The notes under the pieces are model-generated. The model saw only the letters and a list, made by a program, of their open reading frames with translations. It did not search any database and was not told the origin of the DNA. Made by a program: the position numbers and the translations under genes. Positions 12,730 through 25,700 of a stretch of 64,000 nucleotides of DNA are shown one piece after another; position 1 is the first letter of the stretch; every line of letters starts with the position of its first letter. Source of the DNA: Epiperipatus broadwayi (taxonomy: Eukaryota; Animalia; Onychophora); contig JAQFVV010000006.1 of NCBI GenBank assembly GCA_028023455.1, forward strand, positions 7,626,001-7,690,000, written 5' to 3'.

Positions 12730-13140
12730 AGAAAAGTATTTGTTTTATATAAACATTATTACAATTTGGCTTTTTATTATTATAAGCATTATTTACAATA
12801 ACTATTAAAATATTTGTATAAAAAAATTTTTTTAAATATAGTCATAAAATCATAAAAATGGAACAATAAAACTATTTATGTCTAGTTGATTGATTTCTTA
12901 CAATCAGTTATTATAATTAAATAAATTTGCTTCTTATTATTGTAATCATTAGTTGCAATGAATTTTTAAAAAGGTCAAAAAAATTACAGCTGCTTAAGGC
13001 TACAAGTGGTATGAGATATTGCTAAAAAAAGAGTGCCCAATATTTATACATCTAGAGTTAAATTCAAATTAATTTTATTTTTTCAAAAAAGAGACATAAC
13101 TAGGAAGATGCTGATAGAGACACCTATTTATGACACTTAA
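12730..13140 (+). repeat. Unclassified dispersed repeat, second copy at 59690-60090
   Basis: Shared tataagcattatttacaata...atcattagttgcaat...ctacaagtggtatgag blocks in the same order. Confidence 0.7.
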
Positions 13141-13859
13141 AAATTGAATGCAGTATTATATATCGTGTGTAACAGCTGAGATTTAAAACATACACTTTAT
13201 TTTTTCCTTCCGTTAAATAAAAAATAGACAAATGCTTTTGTTGTTCTGCAGTTCATAAGAAGTTCTAAGGCCAGAATGGCCAGAAATGGATTCAATCCAA
13301 GAACTTTACATCCAGATTTTGGCAATCTACTACTGTGCTAAACCATACAGGATTTCTTTCCATTCATATGTCTCATATTTGTATTATAAATCTATTATTA
13401 TACAAATTAGTTTGATTAATTAAGACAATATTAGTAATAATCTTTACTCTAGAGAAAAGAATTGAAAAGAATTTGTCTCATAAATACACTAAAAAATAAA
13501 TCACCCAAAAGCTATAATGTCAAAGTACAATGCCACTTGTATTCTGGATTTATATAAAATGGACTAAAGCATTTTTTTTTACTAAAGTAATGAAAGCAAT
13601 AACAATTGCAAAATGTATTTAAAAAAAAGTTCATAAAGATTACAATAAATTATTCTAAAAAAATCAATTCACAATAGTCCTATGTGATTTAATACAGTGT
13701 GTTAAAATCAGGGTCATTAATGAATATAGTTAATGTGCCTAACTTTTGACTTGAATGATCAAATGTCATATGATCTCCTAAAGAACAACAATAAGATTAT
13801 TAACACATCACAACAAACATTTCCTACGCTTACATAAGTTGTTAAAACAATAGCAAAAT

Positions 13860-14085
13860 CTCCATGCAGTAGTGCCATCCAGTGCAAGTCTTAGTAATCA
13901 ATGGATGCAAGAAGGTTCGTGCATAAAATTGCTATCTAATACTATTCATCCGATACCTCCAGTCTAGTTTCTAGTTTGTGGTTTTCATCAGTAAGGCGTG
14001 TTGGATCTGAGCGCATCTGAAGCTCCTCACTGTTAGAACCTAATCAGGGAATATTGGATGAGCATTGTAATGGTATACATTTATG
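13860..14085. mobile_element. Degenerate copy of hammerhead repeat family Y
   Basis: ctccatgcagtagtgcc...gtaatcaatggatgc...ctagtttc...ttcatcagtaagg. Minus strand gives CTGATGA...GAAACTAG. Confidence 0.7.
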
Positions 14086-15360
14086 CTGTTGCATTACTGT
14101 CAAATAATAAATGAAATATCGACAAATAAAACCAAATACAAATTTAAAAAAAATAAATTAATAAAGCTGTTTAAACCAATATATAAATTGCACAGATAGA
14201 AAACGATTCAATAATTATTTAAAAGTAAGTTAAAGTAAATAAGTAAAAATCTAAAGATACAAGATTAGTATTTTTTTTAAAGTAATGTAAAATAAAATAA
14301 TAAAAATGGTAATTAGTTTCTATTCAAAAAAAAGTATGTTTAAATCTTAAGTAGAATAAAAAATGATTGTTTTATTAAAATGTAATAAATGTAAAGCAAA
14401 CGAGCCCTTGGAGCATTTAAATGATGGAAAGTCAGATAACAGATAAAAATTAAAAGATTATGATGTTTCCCACTTTGGAGCAGACTACTCAATGCAGGTA
14501 CCAACAAATGCACGGACCAAAAAGAAAAACCATCATGGCCAATAAGATTGGAGCAACATCAGGAGCGATCGAACCGAAAATGTGGTGATAAGGAAGGTGG
14601 AATACTATAAAAACAAAAATAATTGAACAGAAAAATTGATTGATTATTGATTGTCTATTGATTGAATGATGGTGATCGGTTAGAAGTACTTCATAGCTCT
14701 ATTGTGGACTCCATAATGTAGGAGTCTCTCAATAGACTTCATTTCCTTTATTTGCGCCAGCTGAGGTGGTCTCCCAAATGATGGTTCCTAAATGAATGGC
14801 AAGCAATGGTTTCATCCCCAAGGAGAACAATCTACAATATGTGATAACTAGGATGGACTTCATAAATCTGCCACAATCCAGAGGGTTCATAAAGACTTAC
14901 CATGGGAAGTATAAACTTTAGTATTCAATATGAACTTTTAAATATCTTAAACTTAAGTAGTAACCTAGGCATAATTTCTAAATAAGCTTTTATCTGATGA
15001 GCAAATGAACTCTAAATTAATCATTAATATTTCTCTTTTATGTATAACTTTTGCTATCAATCATTTCCATTTTTGTTAACCAAATTATTAAATTTAAAGT
15101 TAAGTGTAGATGCCTGCATAGATTCATTAAATTTAGATTAGATTATGTGGGGAATGCATGGCCCAAAAATCTAGCCATCATGTTGTTATTGGTGACAGAG
15201 ATATTCCCTTCACCATTTGATTCCTTACACTCTATGGATTGAACTATAAGTCGGCAAGGACTGCTCTCCCTCCATATGGAGCATTTCATTCTAAATATTT
15301 TTATATATGATTCCTTCGCCAGACAGATGCACCTTCCTGTACTGGACAAGAATCACTTCT

Positions 15361-15534
15361 TTAATAATATCATGCTATAGACACATACATTCCTATCAGC
15401 ATGGTTTTATGCTAACATCTTCATGTTGTATTGGTTACATCTGTATATTAATAATATCATGCTATAGACACATACATTCCTATCAGCATGGTTTTATGCT
15501 AACATCTTCATGTTGTATTGGTTACATCTGTATA
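15361..15534 (+). repeat. Exact 87-bp tandem duplication
   Basis: 15361-15447 and 15448-15534 are identical by reading. Confidence 0.95.
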
Positions 15535-15639
15535 TCAGGAAGCTAGCATTGGTTTAACTGCAAACTTTTAGCCTGAGGTTAAATGATTTGAAAGTCTTTA
15601 AGTACATATTCTATGCAGTTTATCTGTGCTTAACATTAT

Positions 15640-16010
15640 AGAATATTAAATTATATAAAAAATTCCCATCTGGGCACATTAAGAAAATATCATAATTTAA
15701 ATCTTATAGAATAATGTTAAATAATCTAATCCTCAAAGCCGTTTTATATATGTTATGTGCGTAATAAATGTTTGTCTTATTAGTGCTGGCAGTAACTCAT
15801 TATTTTATCATTATTATAATAATTTGAATAATTAAAAATAAATTATATTATAAAACTCAGCTACCCCTTGAGCTAGTGACTAGGGCTAACTGTCAATAAA
15901 GATTGAATCTTACCAATATGTATTTGCCTAACTTTATAAATTTTCTATTTCTAATAGCCTAGTGGTGGCCTGGTATGGCAGATAAGTTTGAAAACATTGG
16001 CCTCACTGTT
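15640..16010 (+). repeat. Unclassified dispersed repeat (family Z), other copies at ~26050-26490 and partly 47540-47600
   Basis: Shared tatgtgcgtaa(a)taaatgtttgt, ctggcagt, gagctagtgac..gggctaa and gcctagtgg blocks. Confidence 0.65.
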
Positions 16011-17370
16011 ATAGTATACACTAGATAGGGATTTTATGTACAAACATTACATCCATTGATTATTAAGGCATGCACTGGGTGAAACTACTCTATGGAGAAT
16101 TTACTACTGTTTTAAACAATGATTTCAGCAAAACAACCACCCCACCCCCTCAAAAATGCGAGGAAATAGTCAACAGATATGGAATTCATTATAAATTTAA
16201 AAGAGAAGACAATTTAAAGATTATTCACTGAAATAAATGCAAAAGACAAATCAAATTTAATAATTCAAAATATTTGATACCTTTTATGTGTGAACATTCA
16301 AGTGGATATTAGTGAAAAGTTAATTGTTTCTCTCTCCAAGATACCTGCAGTGCCACTTATGAATTAATTAATGCATTGACACGTTCAAAATGATTCAGAC
16401 TATGTACGGCAGTGAAGTCATAAACTCTGTATGAATATTATTTTATATTAATATCTAGAATGGCAGCATACGGAAACATAATTACATATTATGAAGGTGA
16501 ACAGAATAGCTGACATTATACGACAGCATACAAAATAAGAAGGGAGATTATAACATTCTAAGCTAGGATTGATTTCTTTAGGAAATGCTTATATTATGGC
16601 ATTTACCCAAATAAAAATCTCTTATGTCAATAAGCAGTTATGATAAAGTGAAAGAATGAGTGCAGAAGCTGGATAGTAAAAAACATTAAACAAACGTTAA
16701 ATATAGTATTTACGGCCCAAAATAAACATAAGGAACAAAACACTGTTCTGCTACAAATAGACATAAGGTGTGCTTTATGGAGACTGACAATGAGTAAGAC
16801 ATGAAAATATTGAAAATATACTGGTACAATAATATTATTAAAAATTTTATATTCAAACTTTGTATGAATATTATTTTACATTAATATCAAAATTTGTGTA
16901 CTTATATACAATTTTAATATCACAGTAATTGAACATTTTATTAACAGTAAAAATATTAAAATTTCAAAAACAAAACTCTACTTCGAGATATTTAAATCTA
17001 ATGGTTTTTATAATAATTGATTTCATTTTATTTTACTAACAGTTTCGACTAATATACAGTCTTTATCAGAATTGTTAAAAATTTATTTGAACAATCAACG
17101 AGTATAATTACATATATAAATATTATAATATTTAAAAAGTGCTTTTATTTAATTTCATCAATAAGGCAGTGAAAAACAATATATAAATCAACTATAATTT
17201 TGGATTGCTATATGCAATTTGAAATAAAAGTGTGTGATATCCATAAATAAATTAATTCAATCACTTAATTAGTGACTGAATTAATTTATCGATGGCTCAT
17301 GATTTTATTTCAAATTTCATTAAAAAATGATATTACAAACTTAATTTTAAAGTTTGCATGTTTGGTTAAT

Positions 17371-17868
17371 ATTCTGTAATTCAATACGAGTGCTATAAAT
17401 GCATAAACACAAAGCTAATATTTAATGCCTTATTAAATCTTAGGCTGAGCACTTTCAAGAGTCATGGCTCTCATAATCATAGCTCTTAGTGAAGTCACTG
17501 CTTGTCTAACGTTATGCAAATCTATGCAAAGTTCAAGTATTTCATTTCCTGGATATAGAATAACACATTTCCTTTTTGTTGATGGTGTTGCTGTCTATTG
17601 CGATAAAGCAGGCCTCTTTTATCTTTCTTCTCAAATCGCAATTACCAGCAATGCCATTAACAGAAAGAAAACATGTTATTCTATATCCAGAAAATGGAAT
17701 ACTTGAACTTTGCATAGATTTGCATAACATTAAACAATCACTTACTTCACAAAAAGCTATGATTACGAGACCCGTGACTCTTGAAAGCGCTCAGCCTAAG
17801 GTTTAATAAGACATTAAATATTAGTTTGGTGTTTGTGTGTTTATAGCGCTAGTATTGAATTACAGAAT
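17371..17868. repeat. Long imperfect palindrome: ~234-bp arms with a ~30-bp loop
   Basis: 17371-17604 is the reverse complement of 17635-17868, with scattered mismatches that are mostly transitions. Confidence 0.95.
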
Positions 17869-20069
17869 AAAAAATGATACATGGTTTTATTGCTCGGAAG
17901 ATCATAAGAAGTTCAAGTGGCAGACCTGAGAGCACTAGAACCAATCATGGGGAGCCACCCTATCCCAAGTCGGATGCTTTACCAACTATACCAAATGATG
18001 CAGGTTATGTAATAACACAAAATTGTAGTTGAAATATATATATTATAAGACTAAATAAATTAAAGCGTTTTTATAAAAAATAAAATTTTCAATTTTTTTA
18101 TTTTTTAGTATTTGGATATTTTGTATTCAAATTTAAAAACTGCCAATCAAATCAATGCGATTCAGTCCACCAATACCATAGGGAGAACAACCTTAAAATA
18201 TTGCATTATCATCAATACCTAACATGCGTACAAAATTAGAAAAAAATTCATTTGATAGAAGTACGTTAAAAATCGGTTATAAGATTTTAGTGAAGCGATT
18301 CAGAAGAATTTTGAAATTGAATAAAAATATTTAAAAAGAACGAAATCCAAGTTCAAGGATTTTTTTTTTAAAATTTTAATGTTTGTATTGGTTTTAAATA
18401 ATTAAGTAATGCAAAAAGAAAAACAAGATCAGACAGTTTTAATAAATTACATATATTGTTTTAAAAACCAGGGCTAACGTGAACAACTGTATAGTGCTTA
18501 TGTATTTGCATATCTCTTAATCCCAAATTTACAAATACCACAACATACATGGAAAAAAAAATCTTTGTAATTCACGAATTTTAAATTTTATGAACCTTAA
18601 GAAAATTCGATTTCACTATCCGCTAAAAACTACTGTCTTTTGTTTCGTGCAAATGTAAAACACTTCATATTAAAGTATGATCGTGTAATTAAAAGTTCTA
18701 CTATTGTTACCATTATGTTGTGAAAATGTATGATTACATGAAAGGATACAGCTTCCACTGAAAGTTTTTATTTCCATTCACACTTCATAAATATCCAAAT
18801 CATTTTACCAGTCCTATACTCCTTCTTTCATTTCCTAAAATACTGAACTATAGAAAAACAAAACCATGATATGAATAAAATATACTAAGTCAAACTTACA
18901 GTGAAGGCAAAGCAAAAGCAACATCTGAAATAAATTAAAATTAAAAGTTCGTGATGAAGCATTATTTTCAATGTTTCCAAACATTCATTTCATTCCCCCC
19001 ACCCCTTAAAAGTAGAGCAAAGATTTCTACACAATGACTAGAGTAACTGATTCAAAATCATGAACATAATAAGCACATGTAGAGGTGCTTGTACTGAATT
19101 CAAATTTAAAGGCAAATGCAAATAACAATCCTTTATAGAGCATTCCAAGTCTTATCTTAGTCCAAATAAACAGATAAAGAGTAAAGATTGCTGTATGTCC
19201 GTTTAAAATTTTCTTTAAAAAACAAAAGCAGAAATCAAATATAATAAATAGAGGTGAAAGTAACACAAATGAATATATGCAGAAGCACTTGCAAAGAATT
19301 AAAAACTCAAATGAAGGACTACTCCATCAACATATTTCCCAGTCTTCATTTTGTCTAAAGAAAAGGAAAGAGTGCAAAAAAAAATATTTACATAGAAAAA
19401 CTTGATATCATGACTACGAATTGTCAATTATAGACGAAATAAAACCACAGTTCAAGGATTGATGGTGCCAAAATAACCTTATTTCTGATTCATTAGTTCC
19501 AGAACCAAAAAGATTGTATACGAAAAAGCAATACAAGGAAAAATAATAACACATGATGTCACTAAATTTTACATAGTAAAACCTTCATGAAAATGAAAAA
19601 ATATCATGGTTTCTCACTAAGCCAAAAACAGTACAGTATTGGGTGTGTTTTGGGTTTGAATATGGACATTAGCCCAAACTCACATTTGCTGATTATCTAC
19701 CAAGTTCTGTAGCTTCCATTCTGGTTTATAGCCAAGTTTAATATAAAATCAAAATAAGATTTAAAATACTTCTGAAATTGAACCCTTCCCCCCATACTCT
19801 GGCATTTGTAAATTTGTTTCTTACATTATATTGATATTCCTACACAAATATTTTCACCAGCTGTGTTTGCACCAATTCATTTTTCCTACTCTTTTTAAGA
19901 ATGTTATTTCAGTCTGGGAAAAGTTGTTTTGCTGATGAATCCATGAGTTAAAACAATTAAGATCCATGACGTGAGGATTAAAAAACCTTTTTCTTATCAT
20001 GCCCTCAAACACATGACTGGATTCCTTTTTAGCTTGCATCATATAATTTAAGATGATTCTTCTATTCAA

Positions 20070-20420
20070 GTTATACTATTAGTTCAACAGACACTGTTTG
20101 ATGAATTGAAATTGGGATTAAATTGGATTTTCTGGAATCTTCACAACAATGTTCCACAAGCTTTTGTCTACAGCTCTTACAATTAACAACCACTGATTTC
20201 AACTGCTTCATTAACTAGAATATCTAAATGCTCTAATCCAATTCTTGTAGACCAAACAGCAGTTAAATTACATTTTTGGAAGTCTTGTATTCTTCATTCA
20301 TTTTACATACCCAATCCAATAAAGATTAGATTTTGCAACAGTGGATTCTACAGGATCACACCCAGTAAGATCAAAAACATATTGATTTGTATTAAACTTT
20401 TTCGATGGCTTTATGTTGTA
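20070..20420 (-). mobile_element. RTE family C 3' fragment
   Basis: Minus-strand translation gives DLTGCDPVESTVAKSNLYWIGYVK*MKNTRLPK, the RTE C-terminal LRW.GH..RM...RLPK region. Confidence 0.6.
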
Positions 20421-20809
20421 GTGCTAGGGTCCAGGTTTCACTTCCATACAACAAATTAGATAAAATAACTCTATGTACAACTAGTTTGTTATGAAATATC
20501 TATCAAATTAGTGACAGATCAGAGCCTGATCTGATGCTCAATATCCAAGTCCAGGTTTTGATTATATAACTACCATAATATTTAAACTAGTTCTAATTAT
20601 GAATGCAAAATAACAATTTCAACATAATCGTAACTTTTAAATTGAATTGTTTTGGTTTTGCAAACCAAATATTTTATTAACAATTTATTAAGTGTATCTA
20701 AATAGTGTAAAGACGGTTAGGCTTATGTGTAGCTTTAAAATTGATATACCTGCGATGATGATCAAGTAATAACATTTAATTATATATCTGCTTTAAAGGC
20801 AGACTATTC

Positions 20810-21480
20810 ATCATCATCATCACTGTCAACCATTATCAGTTCATTGCAGGATGAATATCCAATTCAATCCACCTTCTCTGATCTCTAACCTCTCTTCTCC
20901 ACTCACTCCTTCACATTTTCTTATTTCATCCATTCATCTCACATGTGGTCTCTTTCTGTATTTTTTACAATCTCTTGGAGTCAAGTTTAAGATTTCAATT
21001 GTCAATTTATTATCATCTTTTCTATCAATATATTCAGCCTATCTCCCCTTCAGTCTTTTAATTCTTTCAACGATGTCAGTAACACCTATTTATTCTCTTA
21101 TCCATAAATTGTGTCTTCGATCTCTTCCTGTTATTCTTAACATGCCTCTCTCCATACTTTTTTGAGTGGTCTGATGTCTATGCATTGATGTCCAAGTCTC
21201 AGATCCATAAGTAAGAACTGGTAAAACGCATTTATTAAAAATCTTCCTTTACATACACCTAGGCATATTTCCTTTTAATATTAAGGTATTTCTACCGCAA
21301 ATACTTCAACCATGTTTAATTCTATGTTTAATTTCATCCATTATTTTCCATCTGTAGTAATAATCTGATCAAGATACTTGTAGTTGTTAACTTCTTCTAA
21401 CTCATTATAATCAATCTTTATTTTCATCTTTTGGGGAAATGCATTGAACCTCACTTTAGTCTTTTTAATATTTACCTTTA
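20810..21480 (-). mobile_element. RTE family A 3' fragment
   Basis: Minus strand gives NYKYLDQII, KIFNKCVLPVLTYGSETWT and RPHVRWMD motifs and a (GAT)n-like tail at ~20810. Confidence 0.85.
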
Positions 21481-24009
21481 GTGTATGCTATATTAAATGC
21501 TAGCCAATGAAGATACACATCAAAAATGTGAACAAGATTGTAATATTGATTCTACAAACATAAATTTTATCTCTCTCACCTCCGTTCTTTTAATTTTTTT
21601 TTTAAAATTAAATACTTCACAATTTTTTAAACTTTTAAACAAATTAAAAAATACATATTATAGCTAGTTGTTCAAGAAATCGTATGGCGAGATGTTTGAG
21701 CATCCAAATGCCAGACGAATCGAAGTCAGATCTTATTTAATATATGTTTAACGAACACATGGCTGAAGAATCTGAAAACAAAAAAGATGATGTACTAAAA
21801 AAATGTAATTCTTAATAATATTTCTAAATCATCACGTAATAAAAATAGCTATTTAAAAAAAAAAAAAAAATCTTTTTTAAAAAAGGAGGGAGAAGAAATT
21901 AATTTAATTTTTCAGACAAATCAAATTAAATCAGAAATTGTTTTTAGCTAACCATTAACAAAACTGAAGTGTCATAAAAAAAACAAAGAATCTCTCCGAC
22001 GAAATCTGTGAAAACCAATGTAAATGAATGCTTTTCAATTATCAATAAAATGAGATATTTCTAGAATCAACAAGGAGGGGAATGCGTTTTCCCTGGACCA
22101 TCTGCTGTCAGTTCCCATTTATGCAAAAACTCTGGAGTAGATGGCGCCCCCTCACATCTGTGGAACCAACTGTTAATGTAATCATATTTAAATCAACTGT
22201 CAGCGTGCATCGGTTTAAGCTGACCGATGACGTCAGACGATAGTTCAATTATTCGTATTAACTAAGTTAATTTTTAGAACTTAGGTGGCTTCTTTACGCA
22301 GACAAAAATCAACAGTTGATATAAGATTTAAAGTGATTTTCATTTGTTGCTGAAATAAATATAAAAAAATACTTGATTACATGTAAAACCACTAATATAA
22401 ATCACTAGATCTAAATCAAAAACAAGCACGCTGTTATTAGAAATAAGAGATTCGGGGGGGTAAATTTAATTCGTGATTTTCTAATTATTAAAAAAAATCT
22501 TTACACCAAGTACAATTATATCATGACAACAGGCAGTTAAAACATTCTTCATTATCTGCAGACATCTTTACACTGAATAACCCACTTATCTGTGTGACCT
22601 TGTGCCACAGAAAGGCGGATTCTAGACTTCAAAATCCACCGACTGTAGTTACAGCCTACCTCTTCCGTTGTTCGAACTTTTAGGCAGGAATGGTATAGAA
22701 AACAAAACATCACATGATACAGTAAGTGGGTGGCACTACTGTATGGAGAATTTGCTACTGTTCGACCTTCTGATCTCCTGCATAAAAAAAAACCTTTCCA
22801 TTATTTTTCAGCAAATAATAAAATGCTGTGTTGTTATGGGAGAGATTTGAGAACCCAACATGACAGATTGTGCTCCAATCTGTGGTCCTTTAGCTATCAA
22901 GTCTGCCCCTCTACTATAGTACTAAACCACACAAGTACCATTTAACAAAAAAAAAATTAAGATAACCCACAGGCTGTACAAGTGAAACACTCTTTCAACC
23001 AGTGATGAAGACTGCACCGCAAAACAATTGTATAATTAGCCTAAGAACATCAGATTAATCAATGACTTTTATCTTCTAAATCAGAACTATTCAAAATATA
23101 GCCCATAGTAAATATTTGCCCAGTAGGCCTAGAGGTTTTAATTTATTTAAGCCAAGAAATAAAAGAACAATTTGAATTGAATGCATGTTAGGTATTTTAA
23201 TGCTATCACTAATTGGAAATCTTGATGTTGATATTATCATCTAATCCCAAGATCGATTCTGGTGCTCAAAGGTCTGGCATTTGAACTTCTTATGAACTCC
23301 CGATCAAGAAACCATTGCCTTTTTCTTTTTTACTATATATTCATGTATTTTTCAAATGTGAAGTGTGCCAAAGAAATAGCTTTGCAATAGTAAATTATTT
23401 GTAAATACAAGTTCATAAAAGCAACGTTGCGCTATATGACTTAGTTTGTTGATAATTAAAATTTTATCTTTAAGGCTTTGGCTATGCTGAGGCTGAATTT
23501 GGTTCAGTCCCATATAGCTATTTAAGTTATACAGCTGGAGTAAAAGACATTTTCATGTCCAAAAACTTCAGAATTTCTACTTAAATAATACGTATAAAAT
23601 AAGTGTTGTGTTTGAGTTGATATTTTGGATCTAGTGTCTGAATATTTCTAGCTCCTCACTAAAGTGGGCCATAAGCTCGAAAGCAATTGGTCTGGGGGTG
23701 AGTGTATTTCAGACAGAGATTTTAGATATTTTCTCTTACCACACTTATCAATTAAGAGCTTGTTTGAGCTATTGGTACGCCCTCTGTATTGCATTTTTGT
23801 AACTACAAGTTTATAAAAGCAATGTCACATTATATATGACTTGTTTTAGTGATAAGAGTGAATGAAATAAAGTCACACATCATGTGACTTACTTGATAAG
23901 CTTGTAATTATAAACTAAAATAAAGAGTATGCTAATAGCTCTAACAAGCTTTATCAATAAATGCTGCAAGAGAAAGCATTTAAAATCTCTATCTAGAAAT
24001 TATCCCCAG

Positions 24010-24049
24010 TCGCAGACCAGTTTCTAGCTATTGACTTTCCTCAGTGAGG
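24010..24049 (-). ncRNA. Type I minimal hammerhead motif (Y'), catalytic boxes intact
   Basis: Minus strand reads CCTCA-CTGAGGA-aagt caata gcta-GAAA-CTGG-TC-TGcga. GUC cleavage triplet; stem I is weak. Confidence 0.6.
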
Positions 24050-24135
24050 TGCTATGATATTTAAGTTAGATAGCTGGATTTGAAGATATATAATTACCTG
24101 AAATTTTCAGATTTTCTACTCTATCTAGGAATTAT

Positions 24136-24175
24136 CCCCAGACCAGTTTCCAGCTATTGGCTTTCCGCAGTGAGT
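24136..24175 (-). ncRNA. Type I minimal hammerhead motif (Y'), core A6 mutated
   Basis: Minus strand reads CTCA-CTGCGGA-aAGC caata GCTg-GAAA-CTGG-TC-TGGG. Lies 126 nt from the previous motif in the same orientation. Confidence 0.55.
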
Positions 24176-25229
24176 CACTATGATATTTCGGACATTAGAT
24201 CCAAAATACCTAACTCAAAGCCAGCACTTATCTGATAGTTAGCTTTTAAGTAGAAAATCTGAAATTTTCAGACATCTATATATCTTCAAATCCAGCTATC
24301 AAACTTAAATATCCTAGCACCTCAATGAGGAAAGTCAATAGTGTAACGGTATATAACTATGCCATTACATTAACTTAAAATGAAAACTTTAAGTTTGCAA
24401 ATAAAAATAAATTTATTAAATACTAAAAGCTAAAAAAATTAAAGAGTTGTTCAATATATATATATATTCGCACAGATGCAAAACTTTAAAATTATTTCTT
24501 TTTTAAATAAAAAAAAAAAAAGGAAGATATTTGAACGTACTTTTTTAAAAAAAAGTACAAGAAAAAGATAAAATATTTTTGTAAATTGAAATGATTGTTT
24601 TATAAATTAATTGAAAAGCAAACTAGCCCTTGGGGCTCTTATAGGAAAAGTCAGTTAAAAGATATAGATAAGAGAATAAAGAGAATTAGCTTGACAAATG
24701 GAAGCACCAAGCCTCAGCTCGGACCGTAATGAAAATGATGGATTAGTGATGTTTTGTTCGTTGAATCCAGAGGATGATTATAAAAGGAAAAAGAATTCAA
24801 ATTAAAACAGTTTCCTGACAGTTCCAACTTGATTTTGTGAGAAGAGCGATAAGACCATTTGTCGCTCTCTCTCTTATTTTAAAAATGAAATAAATGTGAT
24901 ACCGGAATGGAACCAGCTAAGGCCACCTCCAGAATATCAGACTGGTCTTCCAATGGGGACATTGTGGGAATTGGCACCCCGAACCGTGACTCTTTTACTG
25001 TAAGCTATTGAACTGAACAATTTTAAAATTTAAAAGTAATTAAGAACTTTCATCAAGATTTGACAAGTTTAATAAACAAGCTAAATCTAAATTTTTGTAA
25101 AATGAACTATAATCTGACTTTTCCAAATCAATTATTGTTTAATAATCAATTATTGTTTAATTTTTTTACATCTAAGTTTGCTAAAAAAAATCATTTCCAT
25201 TTTTATTTTATTTCTATTAATATTTATTT

Positions 25230-25700
25230 CTATAAATTAATTAAATGCATTAAATTTAAGTGGGTATAGATGCTTGCATGGATTCGTTCACGTTTAATTA
25301 TGTTTTTGTTTTCATATTTGATCAAAATATATAGACATTCGGTAAATAATGATATCTTACGTTGAATATCTAAAATGTATTTATTCGGATGTCTTTTAGT
25401 TATTGGTGTCAATGCAGCATCTTATGATGGATGCCATTGGGTTTCTTGTGAATTCTCTCTGCAATTACATCAATGACTTTATATTTTGATCATTTATGTT
25501 TATTTTGAAATGTTTTTGAGTGTGTAATCTGTGTAGTCGATATATGCTCAACATAAAAAAACAAACTTTTATAAATCCATCTGTGCGAATTTATATAAAT
25601 GTTAAATTTAAGTCGGGCATGAATGGCTATATAGATTTGTAAAGTTATATTAGGGGAGGGTAATCTTAGGTTATTCATTCCGTAGTTGAATTAGGTCAAT
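25230..25700 (-). mobile_element. Possible decayed Penelope-like element, GIY-YIG endonuclease C-terminal region
   Basis: ORFs give IYIAIHARLKFNIYINSHR...YVEH and ILDIQRKISLFTECLYI...KNIIKRE...SIY, loosely matching the PLE endonuclease pattern. Locally CpG-rich. By-eye only. Confidence 0.4.

Larger units (their letters stand above)
23654..24341. mobile_element. Cluster of hammerhead repeat subfamily Y' copies in both orientations, including a 93-bp inverted pair (24028-24120 / 24249-24341)
   Basis: Repeated tatccccag..ccagtttc..gctattg..tttcc.cagtgag modules. The inverted arms differ at only a few positions. Confidence 0.75.

Noticed and set aside
17371-17868. Idea that arm mismatches are biased to G:U pairs on one strand (selected RNA hairpin)
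   Set aside because: Counting mismatches over the outer ~150 bp gave a mixture of plus-strand wobble, minus-strand wobble and true mismatches, consistent with ordinary transition decay.
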